From contig MU054204.1 of assembly GCA_013239625.1 (NCBI GenBank), forward strand, positions 24,879 to 88,878: a stretch of 64,000 nucleotides of DNA, given 5' to 3'. Both the position numbers and the translations under genes were made by a program. How positions within the stretch are numbered: the first letter of the stretch is position 1; each line of letters opens with the position of its first letter. Origin of the DNA: Lama guanicoe (lineage: Eukaryota). Positions 49,920 through 64,000 of this stretch are shown here, piece by piece. A model generated the notes under the pieces. It did not search any database and had not been told where the DNA came from. It was given only the letters and a program-made list of their open reading frames with translations.

Positions 49920-52900
49920 TAGACAATAAGCTATTAAACAACCAATTGATCAACAATGAAATAAAAAAATACCATAAGACAAATGAATGAAAACACAACA
50001 TACCAAAATCTATAAGACACTGCAAAAGCAATTCTAAGAGTGAAGTTTAAAGTGATACAGTCCTACCTCAAGAAACAAGAAAAATATCAATTAAATAATC
50101 TAACATTACCCTTAAAGGAACTAGAAACAGAAGAACAAAGCCCAAAGTGAGTAGAAAGAAGGAAATAATAAAGATCAGAGTGAAAATGAATGAAATAGAA
50201 ACTAAAAAATAAAACAATAGGAAAGATCAATGAAACTAAGAGCTGGGTATCTGAAAAGATAAACAAAATTGATAACCCTTTAGCTAGATTCATCAAGAAA
50301 AAAAGAGGACCCAAATAAATAAAATTGGAAATGAAAGAGAAGTTACAACCAACATCACATAAATACAAAGGATCACAAGAGATTACTATTAATAGTTATA
50401 TGCCAACAAATTTGACAACTTAGAAGAAATGTATAATTTCATAGAAAACATACAATCTTCCAAGACCGAATCAGGAAGAAATGGAAAATCTGAACACTTT
50501 GATTACTAGTAGTGGAATTGAATTAGTAATCAAAAAACTCCCAATAAACAAATGTGAAGATAGCTTTACAGGTGAATTCTATGAAACATTTAAAAAATAA
50601 TTAATATTATCCTCCTGATACTATTCCAAAAAGCTAGAGAGGGAAGATCACGCCCTAATTTGTTTATGAGGCCAGCATTACCCTGACACCAAAACCAGAC
50701 AAAGGCACTACAAAAAGAGAAATTTACAGGCTAATATCCTTGATGCACATCGATGCAAATTTTCAACAAAATACTAGAAAACCAAATATAAAAATACATT
50801 AAAAGGATCATACGCCATGATCAAGTGGAACTTATTCCAAGGATACAAGGGTGGTTCAATCAACGTGATCCCCAAATCAATGTGATATACCACATTAAGA
50901 AGACAAAAGCTAAAAATCTTATTATCATTAGGTGCAGAAAAAGCGTTCAAAAAATCCAACATCCACTTTTGATAAAAACTCTCAACAAAGTGGATATAGA
51001 GGGAGCATACTTCAACATACCAAAGGTCATATACAGCAAATCCACAGGTAATGTCATATTCAATGGAGAAAAGCTGAAAGCTTTTCTTCTAAGATAAGGA
51101 CTAAGACAAAGATGCCCACTTTCATCACTTTTATTTGACATAGTATTGGAAGCCCTAGCCACAGCTATTAAACAAGATAAATAAATGTAAGAAATCCTAA
51201 TTGGAAATGAAGAATTAAAACTATTTGCAGATGATATGATACTATGTATAGAAAACCATAAAGATTTCACCAAAAACCTATTAGAACTGATGATTGAATT
51301 CAGTAAAGTTGCAGGATACAAAATTAATATACAGAAATGTATTGCATTTCTATACACTAACAATGAACTATGACAAAGAGAAATGAAGGAAACAATCCCA
51401 TTTATAATTGCATCAAAGGAATAAAATACCTAGGAATAAATCTAACCAAAGTGGTGAAAGAACAGTACCCCAAAGACATTGATGGAAGAAATTGAAGATG
51501 ATACAGTAAGTGGAAAGATATACTGTGTTAGTGGATTAGAAGAATATTAATATTGTTAAAATATCCATACTAAACAAAGCAATATACAGATCCAATGCAA
51601 TCCCTATCAAAATACCAATGGCATTTTTCACAGAACTAGAACAAATAATCCTAAATTTTTAAGGCACCACAAGGACCCCAAATAGCCAAAGCAATCTTGA
51701 GAAAAAAGAACAAAGCTGGAGGTATCCCACGCCCTGATTTCAAACTATACTACAAAGCTATAGTAGTCAAAACAGTACAAGTACTGACACAAAAACAGAC
51801 ATATAGATCAATGGAACAACATAGAGTGTCCAAAAATAAACCTGCACGTATATGGTCAATTAATCTATGACAAAGGAGGAAAGAATATACAGTGGGTAAA
51901 AACAGTCTTTTCAATAAATGGTGTTGGGAAAATTGGACAGCAACATGCAAAATAATTAAACTGAACCACTTCCTTACACCATATACAGAAATAAACACAA
52001 AATGGATTAAAGACTTAAATGTAAGCCAGCCCTGAAAGCATAAAACTCATAGAAGAAAACAGGCGGTAAAGTCTTCGACATTGGTGTTAGCAGTATCTTT
52101 TTAGATTTGTCTCCTCAGATAAGGGCAACAAAAGCAAAAATAAACCAATGGGACTACATCAAACTAAAAAGCTTTTGCACAGAAAAGGAAGTCATCAACA
52201 AAATGAAAAGACAACCTAACTGAATGGGAGAACATATTTGCAAGTGATATAGCCCATAAGGGGTTAATATCCAAAATATACAAAGGACTCACACAACTCA
52301 ATATAAAAAAATCCCCAAAACAAAAAAAAAATCTGATTAAAAAATGGGCAGAGGACCTGAATAGACATTTTTTCCAAGGAAGACATACAGATGGCCAACA
52401 GACACATGAAAGATGCCAGTATCACTAATTATCAGGGACATGCAAATCAATACCACAATGAGATATCACCTCACACCTTTCAAAATAGCTATTATCAAAA
52501 AAAGGAGACAACAAATAACAAATACTGGAGAGGTTGTAGTGAAAAGGGAACCCTATACATGTTGGTGGGAATACATATTGGTGTAGCCACTATGGTAAAC
52601 AATATGGAGCTTCCTCTAAAAACTAAAAATAGAACTATTAATATGATCCAATGTGTCCACCTCTATGCATTTACACAAAGAAAACAAAAACACTAAATCA
52701 ATAATACCTCTATTCTCATTGCAGCACTATTTACAATAGCCAAGATGTGGAAGCAACCTAAGTGTCCATCAATAGATGAATGGATAAAGAAGATGTTATA
52801 CACACATACACACACACATATACAACAGAATATTATTCAGCCATAAAAAAGTATGAAATCTTGCCATTTGTGGCAAAATCAAGGGACCCAGAGGGCATTT

Positions 52901-53280
52901 TGCTAAGTGAAATAAGTCAGACCGAGAAAAACAAATACCATATGATTTCATTTATACTGGAATGTAAAGAACAACAAGAAAATAAAACAGACTCATAGAT
53001 ACAGAGATCAAGCATATGTTTGCTAAGGGAGGGTGGGAGGATAGATGTAACAGTCGAAGGAGATTAAGAGGTGCAACTTCCAGCTATTAAATAAGTGAGT
53101 CACGGGGATATAATGTATACATAGGGAATGTTGTCAATAATGTAACAAGTTTGTATGATGATGAATGGTAACTGGGTTTATTGTGGTGATCATTTCATAA
53201 TGTATATTGAATCAGCATGCTCTATACCTGAAACTAGTGTAACATTGTGTTCATTATAACTCAATTTTTAAAAAGATTTT
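49920..53280 (+). mobile_element. Long degenerate L1 (most of ORF2 and 3' UTR)
   Basis: RT region (IPRIQGWFN..., NGEKLKAFLLR, ctatttgcagatgatatgat = LFADDM) through the C domain and 3' UTR; many stops. Confidence 0.95.
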
Positions 53281-55489
53281 TAAAACTCCTCTCCTCTTTC
53301 TTAATAAGGCTGATCACCAGGATGTTGAGTTTGGCATAGATGTGAACCTCATAATCTGAGCCCCTCGTTTACTTTCTGGGCTTGCCATGTGAGGACTGTA
53401 ATTATCTTGCCTGGCATCCTCTTCACCCATCAGGAGATGAAGTGGACCAGAAGCGTGGGGTAGAGTAAGGAGGATAGATCCAATGTGTAAGGAGGACAAG
53501 AATATCTTAAATAAGGGAACTGTGAGAGAATATCCCTCCACTCACACATCTCTTTGGAGAGTTAAATGACTCAAGGGCACAGGAAGATACTTTATTTCAG
53601 GAGCTTTACTGGTTACCTAAAATTTTAATAGGAGTGTAATTGCCACCAGAAAATATTGTTTGCCTTTTGCTCCCCAGAAATGACCAGAGGAAAACCTAAA
53701 TTAATCAAAACAAGCACCTCCCACTATTGTTATCTGAAGTCAACAGCAGTCTCCCCAACTGAGTCCTCCCAGCCTAAACTATGGAGTTGAGCTTTACTTG
53801 AAACAATGCCTGTATTCTTGGAAACTTACATAAATTACATCTGTTTCTTTGGTTATGCATTCATTCAATACTTATTTGGCTCCTACTACTTACCAGGCAA
53901 TATTCTAAGCATATGTAATTGTGTTAAGAGAATTGACTGAAAAGTATTCTTGTCTCGGGAAGGAAGGTGGACCAGGTCCAATATTCTAGGATTCTAGTTA
54001 AAAAAAAACCCCACATTGATCTCTTTTATAAATTGTAGCCTCTCTCACTTTCTTTGAAAAAAAATATATATAGCTTAGTCATGGGCTACCTGCATTCTTT
54101 TAGTAAAATTGAAAATGTGTGCATCCGTGTTTGTGTGCAGTTAGAATAAAATCTTAAGAGGTAGGAAAAACCTTAAAGGTCCTCTATCCAATCCTACCCA
54201 ATGAGTGTTTTCCTTATGCAACTTCTTTAGAGTAAGCATTTAACTTTTTCTTGAATACATCTGGTGATGAGAAGCTCATTACTTTGCAAAACATTTTGTT
54301 GTAGGACCACACTTCTCCTTAAAATGATCCTTGCAATTTATAATTAGAATGAAATTACTAGTGTGCTGGTTTTTAATCTGGAAATGAGGAAAGAGAAGAT
54401 ACCTCATATGTTCTAGAAATGAAGCAGGGTGCAGAGGAGCTTCAAGAAAGGAAAAGGGGTACTGGGGAGACATTGAAGATCAGAAAAATAATGGGGTCCA
54501 TTGTGAGGCTATTAGAGACTGGAGGGGAATTCAGGAGTTCCTGGGTTTTGGGAATTCAGTTGGCTGACAGGGATGCCTGTGTGGCTGGAGTAGAACAGGA
54601 AATGGAGCAGGGTCAGAAAGGGAGACGGGGTCTGGATCATACAGCTTTGTAAGGAATTTGGATTTTATTCTAGGTTTGGTGGAAGGTGCTTGGGTGTTTT
54701 TCAGCAGGGAACATTTTTTGCCTTTTCTTTTTTTGCATTACATCCCCCATGACTTATTTATTTTATAACTGGAAGTTTGTACCTTTTGACTCTTCCCCCT
54801 TTTTCGTGCTTTTAAAACATCACAATTCTATTTGTCCAATTCTCTCAGCATACTCCCTGCTTTCTCACTTTATACCGAACTCCCGAACACCTGAACTCTT
54901 CATAGTCCCCTGACTACACCAGGTATAGGAAACATAATCATGTTTCCTTACATGTGTGTGCATACTCACGTCCCTCTTTCCTACAATTTCTTCCTCCCTG
55001 CCCTGGTCCACCTGGTAAATGGTTTCTTTGGTGCCAGACTTGGCTCAACCATCACGTCCTCTAGGAAGAAGTCTTTTACTATCTTAAGCCAATCTGGGTG
55101 CTTTGTAAATGTCTCCATTATTTCAGCTAGTCACAATTGGCAATTTTTGTGACATCTGTGAGGGCCAGGGCAGTATCTGCTTCATCGCTGAATCCCCAGA
55201 ATCCCGCACTGTGTCTGGCTTAATTCATATTAATACATTATTGAACTCTTCTAAGGCAAAAACACCAATATTTTGGGAGCAGACATCCTCCAAAATATAA
55301 CTAGTTTATATTTAATGATACCATGTAGTACATTTTTCCCTGGGTATATTTTGCAAATATTTCATCCTGGTGGTATCATATGTAAATAACACAGTGCAAA
55401 TCAGTTATTCTCTGAAAGCATTTTGGAGTCTTTTCTAGAGCTGTGATAGACAATCGTTAACACCTGCTTTAAAAAATTCCACGTAAAGA

Positions 55490-55674
55490 TGTAGAAAACA
55501 AACTTACGGTTACCAAAGGGGAAAGGGCCCAGGGAGGGATAAATTCAAAGTTTGGGAATAGCAGATACAAAATACTATATACAGAATAGATAAACAACAT
55601 GGTCCTACTATATAGCACAGGGAACTACATTCAGTAACTTGTAATAACCTATAATGAAAAAGAATTGAAAAAGA

Positions 55675-55715
<41 letters not shown>

Positions 55716-55790
55716 ACTGAATCACTATGCTGTATACCAGAAACTAACGCAACATTGTAAATCAATTATACTTCACTTTACAAAAAAGTT
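55490..55790 (+). mobile_element. L1 3' UTR fragment with an internal (TG)n
   Basis: tagaaaacaaacttacggttaccaaagggg...aacattgtaaatcaattatacttca. Confidence 0.85.
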
Positions 55791-56420
55791 CCGGGTCAAA
55801 GTCATCTGTGCCATGCTTTAAGGTTTACAATTTTGCGGCTTTAACTAATCATTTATTCATATAGCTATAAAATGTAGAATTTACAAGAGTTACTGAAGAA
55901 ACTAACCACAGCAAGTAGCTGGAGACCAATAGCGATGATCACAATGAGCAATTGGTAGGAAACCTAGTGCGTGAAAGCATGCCCCTGGAGCCTTACTATC
56001 TAGGTTTGAATCCTGCCCCTTGCAAGCAATTACTTCACTTTTCTGTGTCGTGGTTTCCTCGAGTCTAAAACAGGTAGGATAATAATACCTAGCTCACGGG
56101 ATTTTTTTAACGCTTAAGTAATTCGCTTAAGGGACTCCAGGCTGTGGCTAGAGAGACATAAAAACTGTTCTAGGAAGCCCAGAGGAGGGAGAAGTTAATT
56201 TCTGGGTTGGTTGGGAAGGCTCAGAGAAGACATCTGAGTCGGGGTTTGAAAGAGTGATAGAAGACTTCCCAAGGTAGGAGTCATTCATTCTAAGACAACT
56301 TAAGCCAAAACTTTGGAATGTTTTACTTCATTTCCTACGAGGGGAAAAATCCTACATTAAAGATGTGTTTTCCTGGGTATTCTAATCAAATCCCAGGGTT
56401 CTAGTTTGCACACCAGGAGT

Positions 56421-56440
56421 GTGGCCACCAGGTGGCAGCA
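56421..56440 (+). promoter_or_regulatory. CTCF binding motif
   Basis: gtggccaccaggtggcagca matches the CTCF core consensus (CCASYAGRKGGCRS). Confidence 0.7.
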
Positions 56441-56513
56441 CAAACTTATAAAAGCCTGTATCCCAGAGGCATTGCATCCCTTTGCCTAAAGCTCTCTCAT
56501 AAATTAAGATGCT

Positions 56514-56581
56514 CTTTTTTTAATTGAAGTACAGTCAATTTACAATGTTGTGTTTATTTCTGATGTACAGCATATTGATTC

Positions 56582-56623
<42 letters not shown>

Positions 56624-56921
56624 CTTTTCATATTTTTTCATTATATACCATTACAAGATATTGAATATAGTTCCTTGTGCTATACAGTAGGACCTTGTTG
56701 TTTATCTATTTTATACATAGTAGTTAGTATCTACAAATCCCAAACTCCCAATTTATCCCTCCCCACCCCCTTTTCCCCTAGTAATCATAAGTTTGTTTTC
56801 TATGTCTATGAGTCTGTCTCTGCTTTGTAAAAAGTTCATTTGTGTCCATTGACAGATGACTGGATAAAGAATTTGTGAGATATATATATATATATATTAT
56901 ATATAATATCTATACTTCTGT

Positions 56922-56969
<48 letters not shown>

Positions 56970-57118
56970 TACTTCTTAGCCATAAAAGAGAGAAAATAAC
57001 ACCATTTGCAGCAACATGGATGCTCCTGGAGAATGTCACTCTAAGTGAAGTAAGCCAGAAAGAGAAACAAAAATACCATATGAGATCGCTCATATGTGGA
57101 ATCTAAAAAAAAAAAAAG
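56514..57118 (-). mobile_element. 5'-inverted (twin-primed) L1 with (TA)n expansions
   Basis: Minus-strand 3' end at 56514-56848 joined to the plus-oriented adjacent L1 segment at 56849-57118; imperfect TSD gatgctctt / gatggtctt. Confidence 0.8.
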
Positions 57119-57514
57119 GATGGTCTTAATTAACGTAATACAGAAACCAAGCTGAGCTCTCCAGAATATTCACAAAGTCCTGCTTGTCTGTGGAGGCTTG
57201 TGATGGAACTCAAGGAACTGATATCTACTCTAAAGGTCCCTGGGTTAGGACACCTCACAAAGCCTACTGGGTACAAGTAGAAGCTTGAAGCAGGATGAGA
57301 GACTAGTTGGACCTGTCAGTCAAGGTCTTTCACGTATTGAGAGTAGCAGGGAGCCATGTGGAAAGTGGCATCCCAGGGCAGCGCAGCTACAGGGGTACTC
57401 ACCAAGGCTGTCTGGTTGACAGAGCAGACAGCAGTGACTTTACCAGTGCCTAACAGCATGATATCACTGAATGTGACATCTGGACAGGGCCTCATATATC
57501 AGAGTCCAGGTCTT

Positions 57515-57900
57515 CTGTAGTGGATGCTATAATGCACTGTCCAAATGCCCCTTTGGGACTAAAGTATTTATTCTTCTAGCTGCTGGAAGTGGCGCCTGAA
57601 GAGAACTCTTTCGGAATTGTCTTTCACTGAAGAAACCTGCATGCCCAAGGTTGCATGCATTCAATGCTTTACATGGAGGTAAGAAACCTGACCACTGGTT
57701 CCAATTTGGGAGGGCCATCCCAATTCCAGAGTTCCTGTTGGATTACTTGGAGCATTTGCTGAGACGTTATCGCTGTTCAGCATCTCCCTCTGCTGAATCC
57801 TGCTTCTTTCCTTCCCCTCGCAGGTGTCAGTTCTGAGAGCATCTCAATAAACTTTCTGCACACTAAGCTCTGACTTAGGTCAGCTTCCCTGGGGAATTCG
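57515..57900 (+). mobile_element. LTR16-like ERVL solo LTR
   Basis: tgtagtggatgct...cttcactgaagaaa...caataaactttctgcacactaagctc...cagcttccctgggg. Confidence 0.7.
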
Positions 57901-58855
57901 TTCCCACCTTTGTTTTACATGCGAGGAGACTGACGCAGTTTTGAGGGTCATATTTTAAGGAAGAAGTGATCACTTTCAATGACCAAAGACCTCAAATCTA
58001 AGGAGAGTAGTACTCAAAGACATGCTGAACATTAGGTGAGCAAGTCCCTAAGAGCAGGGGTTTGTCTGTCTTCTTCCGCAGTATATCTCTAGTGCCTCCA
58101 CATGGTAGGCATTCAGTAGAAGTGTGTTTAACATTTGAATGAATGAACACTGGCCCTTAGATTGGAGATATAAGCAAAATTCCCTTAGACTCCTTTAGTA
58201 GGAAGCTACTGACACTAGGTTATACTTCTCAATGTCTTTAGCTAGGTGTTTTCTTCTCTAAATCCCATAGCTGTCCTCAAAGGAAACATTCTTCTTAATC
58301 TTCGTTGAGAATGGCAGGAAGCTTTGGAGCAGCATGACTGACCCTATGTCAGTCTTTGAACAGATAGCCTATATTGACTGTATAAGACTGTCAAACTGAG
58401 AATAGACATCCAAACCATATCCATGCACCCTCGCTGGAAGAATGCAAATATTAAGACAGAGAGTGTCTGTATTTTTGAAGCCCCGGCTCAAAATGAAGAG
58501 AACTTATTTCTAATTATATTCTAGTCAGTACAGAGAGAATTCTTCTGACATTAACTGAAATTAACCTTGCTAACCCACTCTTTACACTGCCAATTTTTAA
58601 AAATTCTGGTACAGACAATTTTTAAAGAGAGAATGGCCTAAGAAAAGCAAAGTGGTATAGCTCATAGAAGACTGATTAAGAGCATTGTCTCAAAAATCAG
58701 AGATGTTTTTGCTTAAATCTCGGTACTGTTACTTTAGTAGCAGTGTGACCCTGGGCAAGTTATTTTATCTCTCTTTACCTCAATTTCCTTATCTATAAAA
58801 TAAGGATAAAAATAATGTCTCCTTAGAGGTTTTGCTGTGGGAATTAAAGGATTTA

Positions 58856-59138
58856 ACATATATACACTATGTATATTGTCTATATGTATATTATGTATGT
58901 GTATTATATATAATATGCATATTGTGCATGCATATTATACATTTATGCATATTATATATAATATACATGTGGATATGTATATATGTGTTATATGTATATG
59001 TATATTAAATAGAACATATATGTATATTGTATGTATATTATATTATTTGTGTATATTATATGTATATTATATAGTATACATATATGATATATAATGTGTA
59101 AATTATATACAATATGTATATATATGATTTTATGTATA
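58856..59138. repeat. AT-rich (TA/TATG) low-complexity expansion inside a MIR
   Basis: MIR sequence at 58660-58855 resumes at ~59140 (gtgcttagaatagtgcctagcacatag). Confidence 0.8.
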
Positions 59139-61204
59139 GTGATGTGCTTAGAATAGTGCCTAGCACATAGTGTTTTATAAGGCTTAGCTATTATGTATGT
59201 GGGATCCCATCTTGCCATATTTCTAAAGAGAATCTAGGTATTGGGTTATGTATCCCAAAGAGCCTATGGAGTCCTGGATGCCCTTTGCTTTAGGATTATC
59301 TGGCTCTGTGGCTACTGTTTGTTTAGCTGCATAACTTATGAGAAGTTAAGGTTTCTGGTTGGAAAATGAAACAGATGCCTTATTTTAGCCACATGCAAGT
59401 AACTAGTGAGCTATGGGTATTTTCTTTTTATTATAGTTCTGGAAGGTACAGTGCATTTCTACTTACAAACAGTTACCTCCAGTCTATAAACACTGCTGGA
59501 GGGATTTCCAACCCTGGCCCTAGTCAACTTCTTCATAGCTCTTGGGACAAAGGGGTAAGGGTTGAAGTTGTGGAAATTCCACACAAATTGAATTTCCCCC
59601 CTTAATTATGCTGGATATAAGGAGATGTAGGGGATCAAAGAAAAGAACCTGATAGTGCAATTATGGGTTCTCTGCAAAGTGTACTTTCACGGAATCTCAC
59701 TGGGATAGTTCAAGGCCACTTGTCTGTTAGTTAAAATGAAATCTGGTTTTACGTACTTTCCAAGTTTTCTATGATGATTATCTGATAATTAAGAAAAATA
59801 GGGTGTTCCATTGAGAGTCTCTCCTTGGATAGAAATACTCATGCAATTCCTTCTCCTGTTAACTTAGGATAGGAATTATGACATATGGAGTTATGGAATT
59901 GTTCAGTTTAAATGTTTCGAGGTCAGGGGTTTGGTGTTGAAGGGAGATGGGCTTCGTAATGCCAGGGTCTGGCTATCAAAAGAAAAATGTAATATGAAGG
60001 GCACTTCCCTTTGGACATCCATACAAGTGGTGTCTTATAAATAGACAAATATTGAGTTTGTTTTACAAAGATAAAGATGGTTTAAAACAACTAAGATAAT
60101 GGCAAAATAAAAGTTAATAATGCAATTTAGGAAACTACAGAAAGAAAAAGAAAGATAAGAGTAAGTAAACATGAACTGAGATGCATGCTTCAAAGATAAT
60201 AAGGCAAATGTGAATACATTTACATACTAGAGTAAAGTAAAAACAGATCAATGGAAAAAGAAAAGCAGTAGTTATAAAATCCAAAGCTTAATATTCCCCT
60301 CATCTGCTCCAATCTTTGTTCCTGTCTGTGCACTTTACCTGCAGTCGCTGAACATGCAGATAACTGCCAGATGCCCTTAGGCTCACCCACAGGGGCTCTA
60401 GGGAATTTTTCTGCCTAAATAGAGACACCCCTAATGACCACCATCTCCATTAAGAGTTCATCACCCCAGGCAGCTGACATCTCTCTCCCTGGATGTAGAG
60501 TACAAATATTGTACTTAAATACCAGTGAGCTTGGTTCCCCTGCAGAGTGCCAAAGTTGAAATAGAGTATCATAAGAAAAGAGGAAAGCCCACTGACAGAC
60601 TACCTCGAGCCCTGCAGCTGGAAACAAGGGCTTGATAACCCTTTGGGGAGGAAAGAACAAGCCAAGTTGCTTTGTTAGACTATTCAGCATAAATTTTTGT
60701 AAGGTTTCTAAGGAGCTACATTTCAATATTAAGATCGCGCTGGGGAGATTTCATATGGGAAGACCTGGACTGTCTACCTCAAACCCTGAATTTCCGAAGA
60801 GGTGAAGCCTCTTTTCTCAGAAGGAAGAGAACAACAGCCAGCATAATGAAGAGGCTGGGGCATGAAACAAAACTCTCCAAGTAGGAAATCATATCGACAA
60901 GCCAACAGAAGGAGAAGAGAAAACGGAAGGAGTAACTGCCTACAATCTGTGAGATCATATTGTTTGCCAGAAACTATGCTAGGCTTCTCATGTATGTTAT
61001 CATCTGTCAAGTGAGTTAGGTATTATTTTCATCTCCATTTTACAGACAAGGAATCTGAGGCTCCAAAAGGCTAAGTTACTTGCCCATGGTTAAACAGCTA
61101 GGAAGATACAACTAGAATCCGAAGCAAGGTCTGATTTTAACACCTGTGCATTTTCCATTAAACTAAAGCAAAGCAGCCCCACTATCTTATCTAAAGGTGT
61201 TAAA

Positions 61205-61545
61205 AACCTTTATTGTGGTATGGTTCCTGTACAGTAAACTACACATATTTCAAATGTACAATTTGATGAATTTTGATAGATGTACACACCAATGAAACCA
61301 CCACCACTATCATGATAGATAACATTTCCATCACTCCCCAAGAGGTGCAATTTTTGAACTCACAATGTATCCCTTCCCACACCCTTTACCCCCTGGTAAC
61401 CATAAGTTTGTTTCCTATGTCTGTGAGTCTGTTTCTGTTTTGTAGATAAGTTCATTTGTGTCCATTTTTTTTACATTCCACATATGAGCGATATCATATG
61501 GTATTTTTCTTTCTCTTTCTGGCTTACTTCACTTAGAATGATTAT
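61205..61545 (-). mobile_element. L1 3' fragments
   Basis: cccctggtaaccataagtttg...ttccacatatgagcgatatc. Confidence 0.75.
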
Positions 61546-61589
61546 CACCCATTATCTTTATGGTAGAGTGAAATTCCACTGCGATTATT

Positions 61590-63245
61590 GTTTAGGCTCT
61601 TGATTGGGCAGTAGACTGCTGGTTATTTGGGCTGGCTTTGGCATTACACTGCCTGGTTTAAATTATCATCTTGTTACTTACTGGTTATATGACCATAGGA
61701 ATGTTACCCTACCTCACTGCACCTTAATTTCCTCACCTGTCAAATGTCTCCTAAGGCTGTTGTGGTGAGTAAGAGGCATAATATCTGCAAACAGATAATA
61801 ACTCATACTGATTATTGTTGCTGTCATCCTGCAAGGCCAGTGAGATCAGGGAACCCAGGGTTATCTGGTTCTGCTATTTACTAGTTCTGGGATTCTGAAT
61901 ATATCTCTTAACCTTGTTGTTCCTCAGTTTGTTCATCTATAAAATGGAGAGAATAATAATATTTATTTCATAAGGGAGTTTCTGACGATTAAATGAATTA
62001 ATACATGTGAAACTCTTAGAATGGTACCTTGCACATAGTAAGCAATTAGTACTTATTATTGTTATTTAAATGGAGGATTCATGGATTGCTTAGACTAACA
62101 AGGGCTTTGGAGATAATTCAGGTGGCTGAATCATTGGGAATTTTATTTAGAAAATAAACATTGCCAGCCTCTCTAAGTAATCATTTGCAGGTAGAGACCC
62201 TTCTTCCCACTAACTATGTAGATGACTTATCTCCACCCATCCTGAAGCATACCTCCAATTTGCAGCTAAGTTGGGGGAGTCTCTTGGTTGCCAGATATGT
62301 GAGATCTTCTCATGCTCACTTTTTCCATGGGTAGGTAAACGAGACATTCAGTATTGATCTATAGGGCTATATCAGAATTACTCAGTGACTTCCTGATAGA
62401 TGATTCTAGAAATATTAAGCTAACCAACAGCAACAAAATGGATTTAATAAAAGTAAATCACAATTGGAGAGATTTTACTTTAAAGGAAATAGACAATAAC
62501 TGAGGACAAACCATAGCCAAGCCTCTTTTCAAATGGAGCTGGAGGGTAAAATTTTTCAGTTTTGACAAACACTGTAAATTTGTTCTTTTTTTCCCCTTCA
62601 TTATCCTGTTGAGTGACCTTGAAGAGAAGATGACAGGCAAAAGTGGGAAAAGAGTTGCATGTTATCTTTCCAAGTTTGGATGGTTGAGGAGGGTTTTTGC
62701 AAGGAGTGGAAGGGGCAGTGTTGCCTGTGCTATGTAGCCATTCTGCCCCAGATATGGAGTCACAAAGGAGTAAAGGAGAGAAAATCAGACTTCACTGTCA
62801 AAGAGAATGCATGAAAAATGAAGAAATGAAGCCTCTTTAGCTCATATACTTAGGTACTCAGAGACCTGTTTCCACATCTGTAAAAGGAGGTGGTTAGAAT
62901 CAGTCCCTTTGGGTTTCAACACTCTCTGCTCCTGGGAGCATCTTCCCCCCAATCCTGTCACTTGCCAAGTTCATAGAGTACTATAAAATACATGTCAACG
63001 CCTGCTACATCACTATGACATAGTGGTTGTATGTGTAGGTTCAAGAGCAAAACTGTCTGCTGCTTACTAACTATAGGCTTTAGGGCACATTATTTAATCT
63101 CCATGTGCCTCAGTTTCCTCATCTGTAAAGTGGAGATAATAGTACCTATCTTGTAGAGTTATAAGGAATATATGGCAATACATAAAATATGCTTTGGACA
63201 GAGCTTGAAATATAGACAAATACTTGATAAATGTTAGCTATTATA
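61590..63245 (+). mobile_element. Cluster of MIR SINE remnants
   Basis: Repeated MIR core cctcagtttcctcatctgtaaaatgg at ~61720, 61920, 62870 and 63110. Confidence 0.7.
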
Positions 63246-63334
63246 AGAGACCTTGCAGGAGTTCCAGCACTGAGTTTATTTTAAGTATTTCCCAAATCCT
63301 GACATTTAGGACCGTCTTCCTTTCAGATATAATA

Positions 63335-63505
63335 ATGGTTCTTAGAGTCTTGTCCCTGAAACTCCTGCATCAGAATCCCTATTGAGGATTTACTTTTAAA
63401 CGCACCTCTCTGGACACTGACTTCCAGTCTTACTGAGTTAGAATCTCTGAGTATGGAACCCAGGAAGCTGCATTTTCAACAGGCCCTCTGAAATTTGAAT
63501 ACTGC
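63335..63505. mobile_element. MER5A-like fragment
   Basis: tgcatcagaatccc...ctgagttagaatctctg...ctgcattttcaacaggccctc. Confidence 0.6.
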
Positions 63506-64000
63506 TTCTTTTTCATTTTTGGTAGCTTAATATAGAGTCCTAAAAAATGGTGTTGAAGCCCTTCCTGCTAACCTTTAACCTCAGGAAAACCACTTAGGAC
63601 CTTCTGTCTTTTACTGAAGTATAGTTGATTTACACTGTTTTGTTAGTTTCTGGTGTACAGCAAAGTGATTCAGTTATACATATATATTAATTAAGCAGTC
63701 AGGTCTTTTACTGTTGGTATGTGTAAGAATCCATCAGGAGGACTGAACTGGACTGGCTCGGCTCAACCCTAACAGAATTCTTAAGATTAGTGGATAGTTA
63801 CTAAAGTACAGCTTATGGTTGGTAGCACCAAAAGTCCAGCAATATTCTTTACACTACTCAATAGGTCATAGAGATGACCACCATGTTAGCATCTTTCTTT
63901 ACAAAAATTTTCAACAGTTCTTTTGCAGAACTCTCCCCCATGGAAATCCCAACAGTGATTTCCTAATGGGACCATGGAATTCACTGTAAATGTTCTTTAG

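Noticed and set aside
57405..57460. Possible minus-strand exon ending at ggtgagta
   Set aside because: Weak acceptor, no recognisable peptide and no partner exons
1..64000. CRISPR arrays, operons or other prokaryotic systems
   Set aside because: The sequence is mammalian (L1, MIR, ERV, spliceosomal introns) with no repeat-spacer arrays

Overview
Repeat-rich mammalian genomic DNA. It is most likely camelid, based on Vic-1-type tRNA-derived SINEs and young L1s with a shared 3' end, and probably X-linked, based on a type-I MAGE-B locus; both are inferences. No intact, fully canonical protein-coding gene is visible. Two germline-gene relics are present. (1) A minus-strand, intron-containing paralogue of the synaptonemal-complex central-element gene SYCE1/SYCE1L (8 recognisable exons, ~5.05-16.2 kb). 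Its exons 1, 4, 5, 6, 11 and 12 are open and phase-compatible (a ~183-aa shortened protein), the other exons are deleted or disrupted, and a single AG>AA acceptor change blocks the short form. (2) A plus-strand MAGE-B-like pseudogene (37.55-41.1 kb) with a ~3 kb array of MAGE 5' promoter/exon modules, split by a TSD-flanked L1 that carries a 3' transduction and a nested younger L1. The window also has a U6/L1 chimera, a twin-primed (5'-inverted) L1, an ERVL (HERV16/LTR16-like) provirus relic, a perfect 102-bp tandem duplication carrying an ARE motif, a TATA/CRE/splice-donor promoter-like cluster at 46.5 kb, a consensus CTCF site at 56.4 kb and an assembly gap (~39.71-40.27 kb). All homology and repeat-family assignments are from recalled sequences, not database searches.
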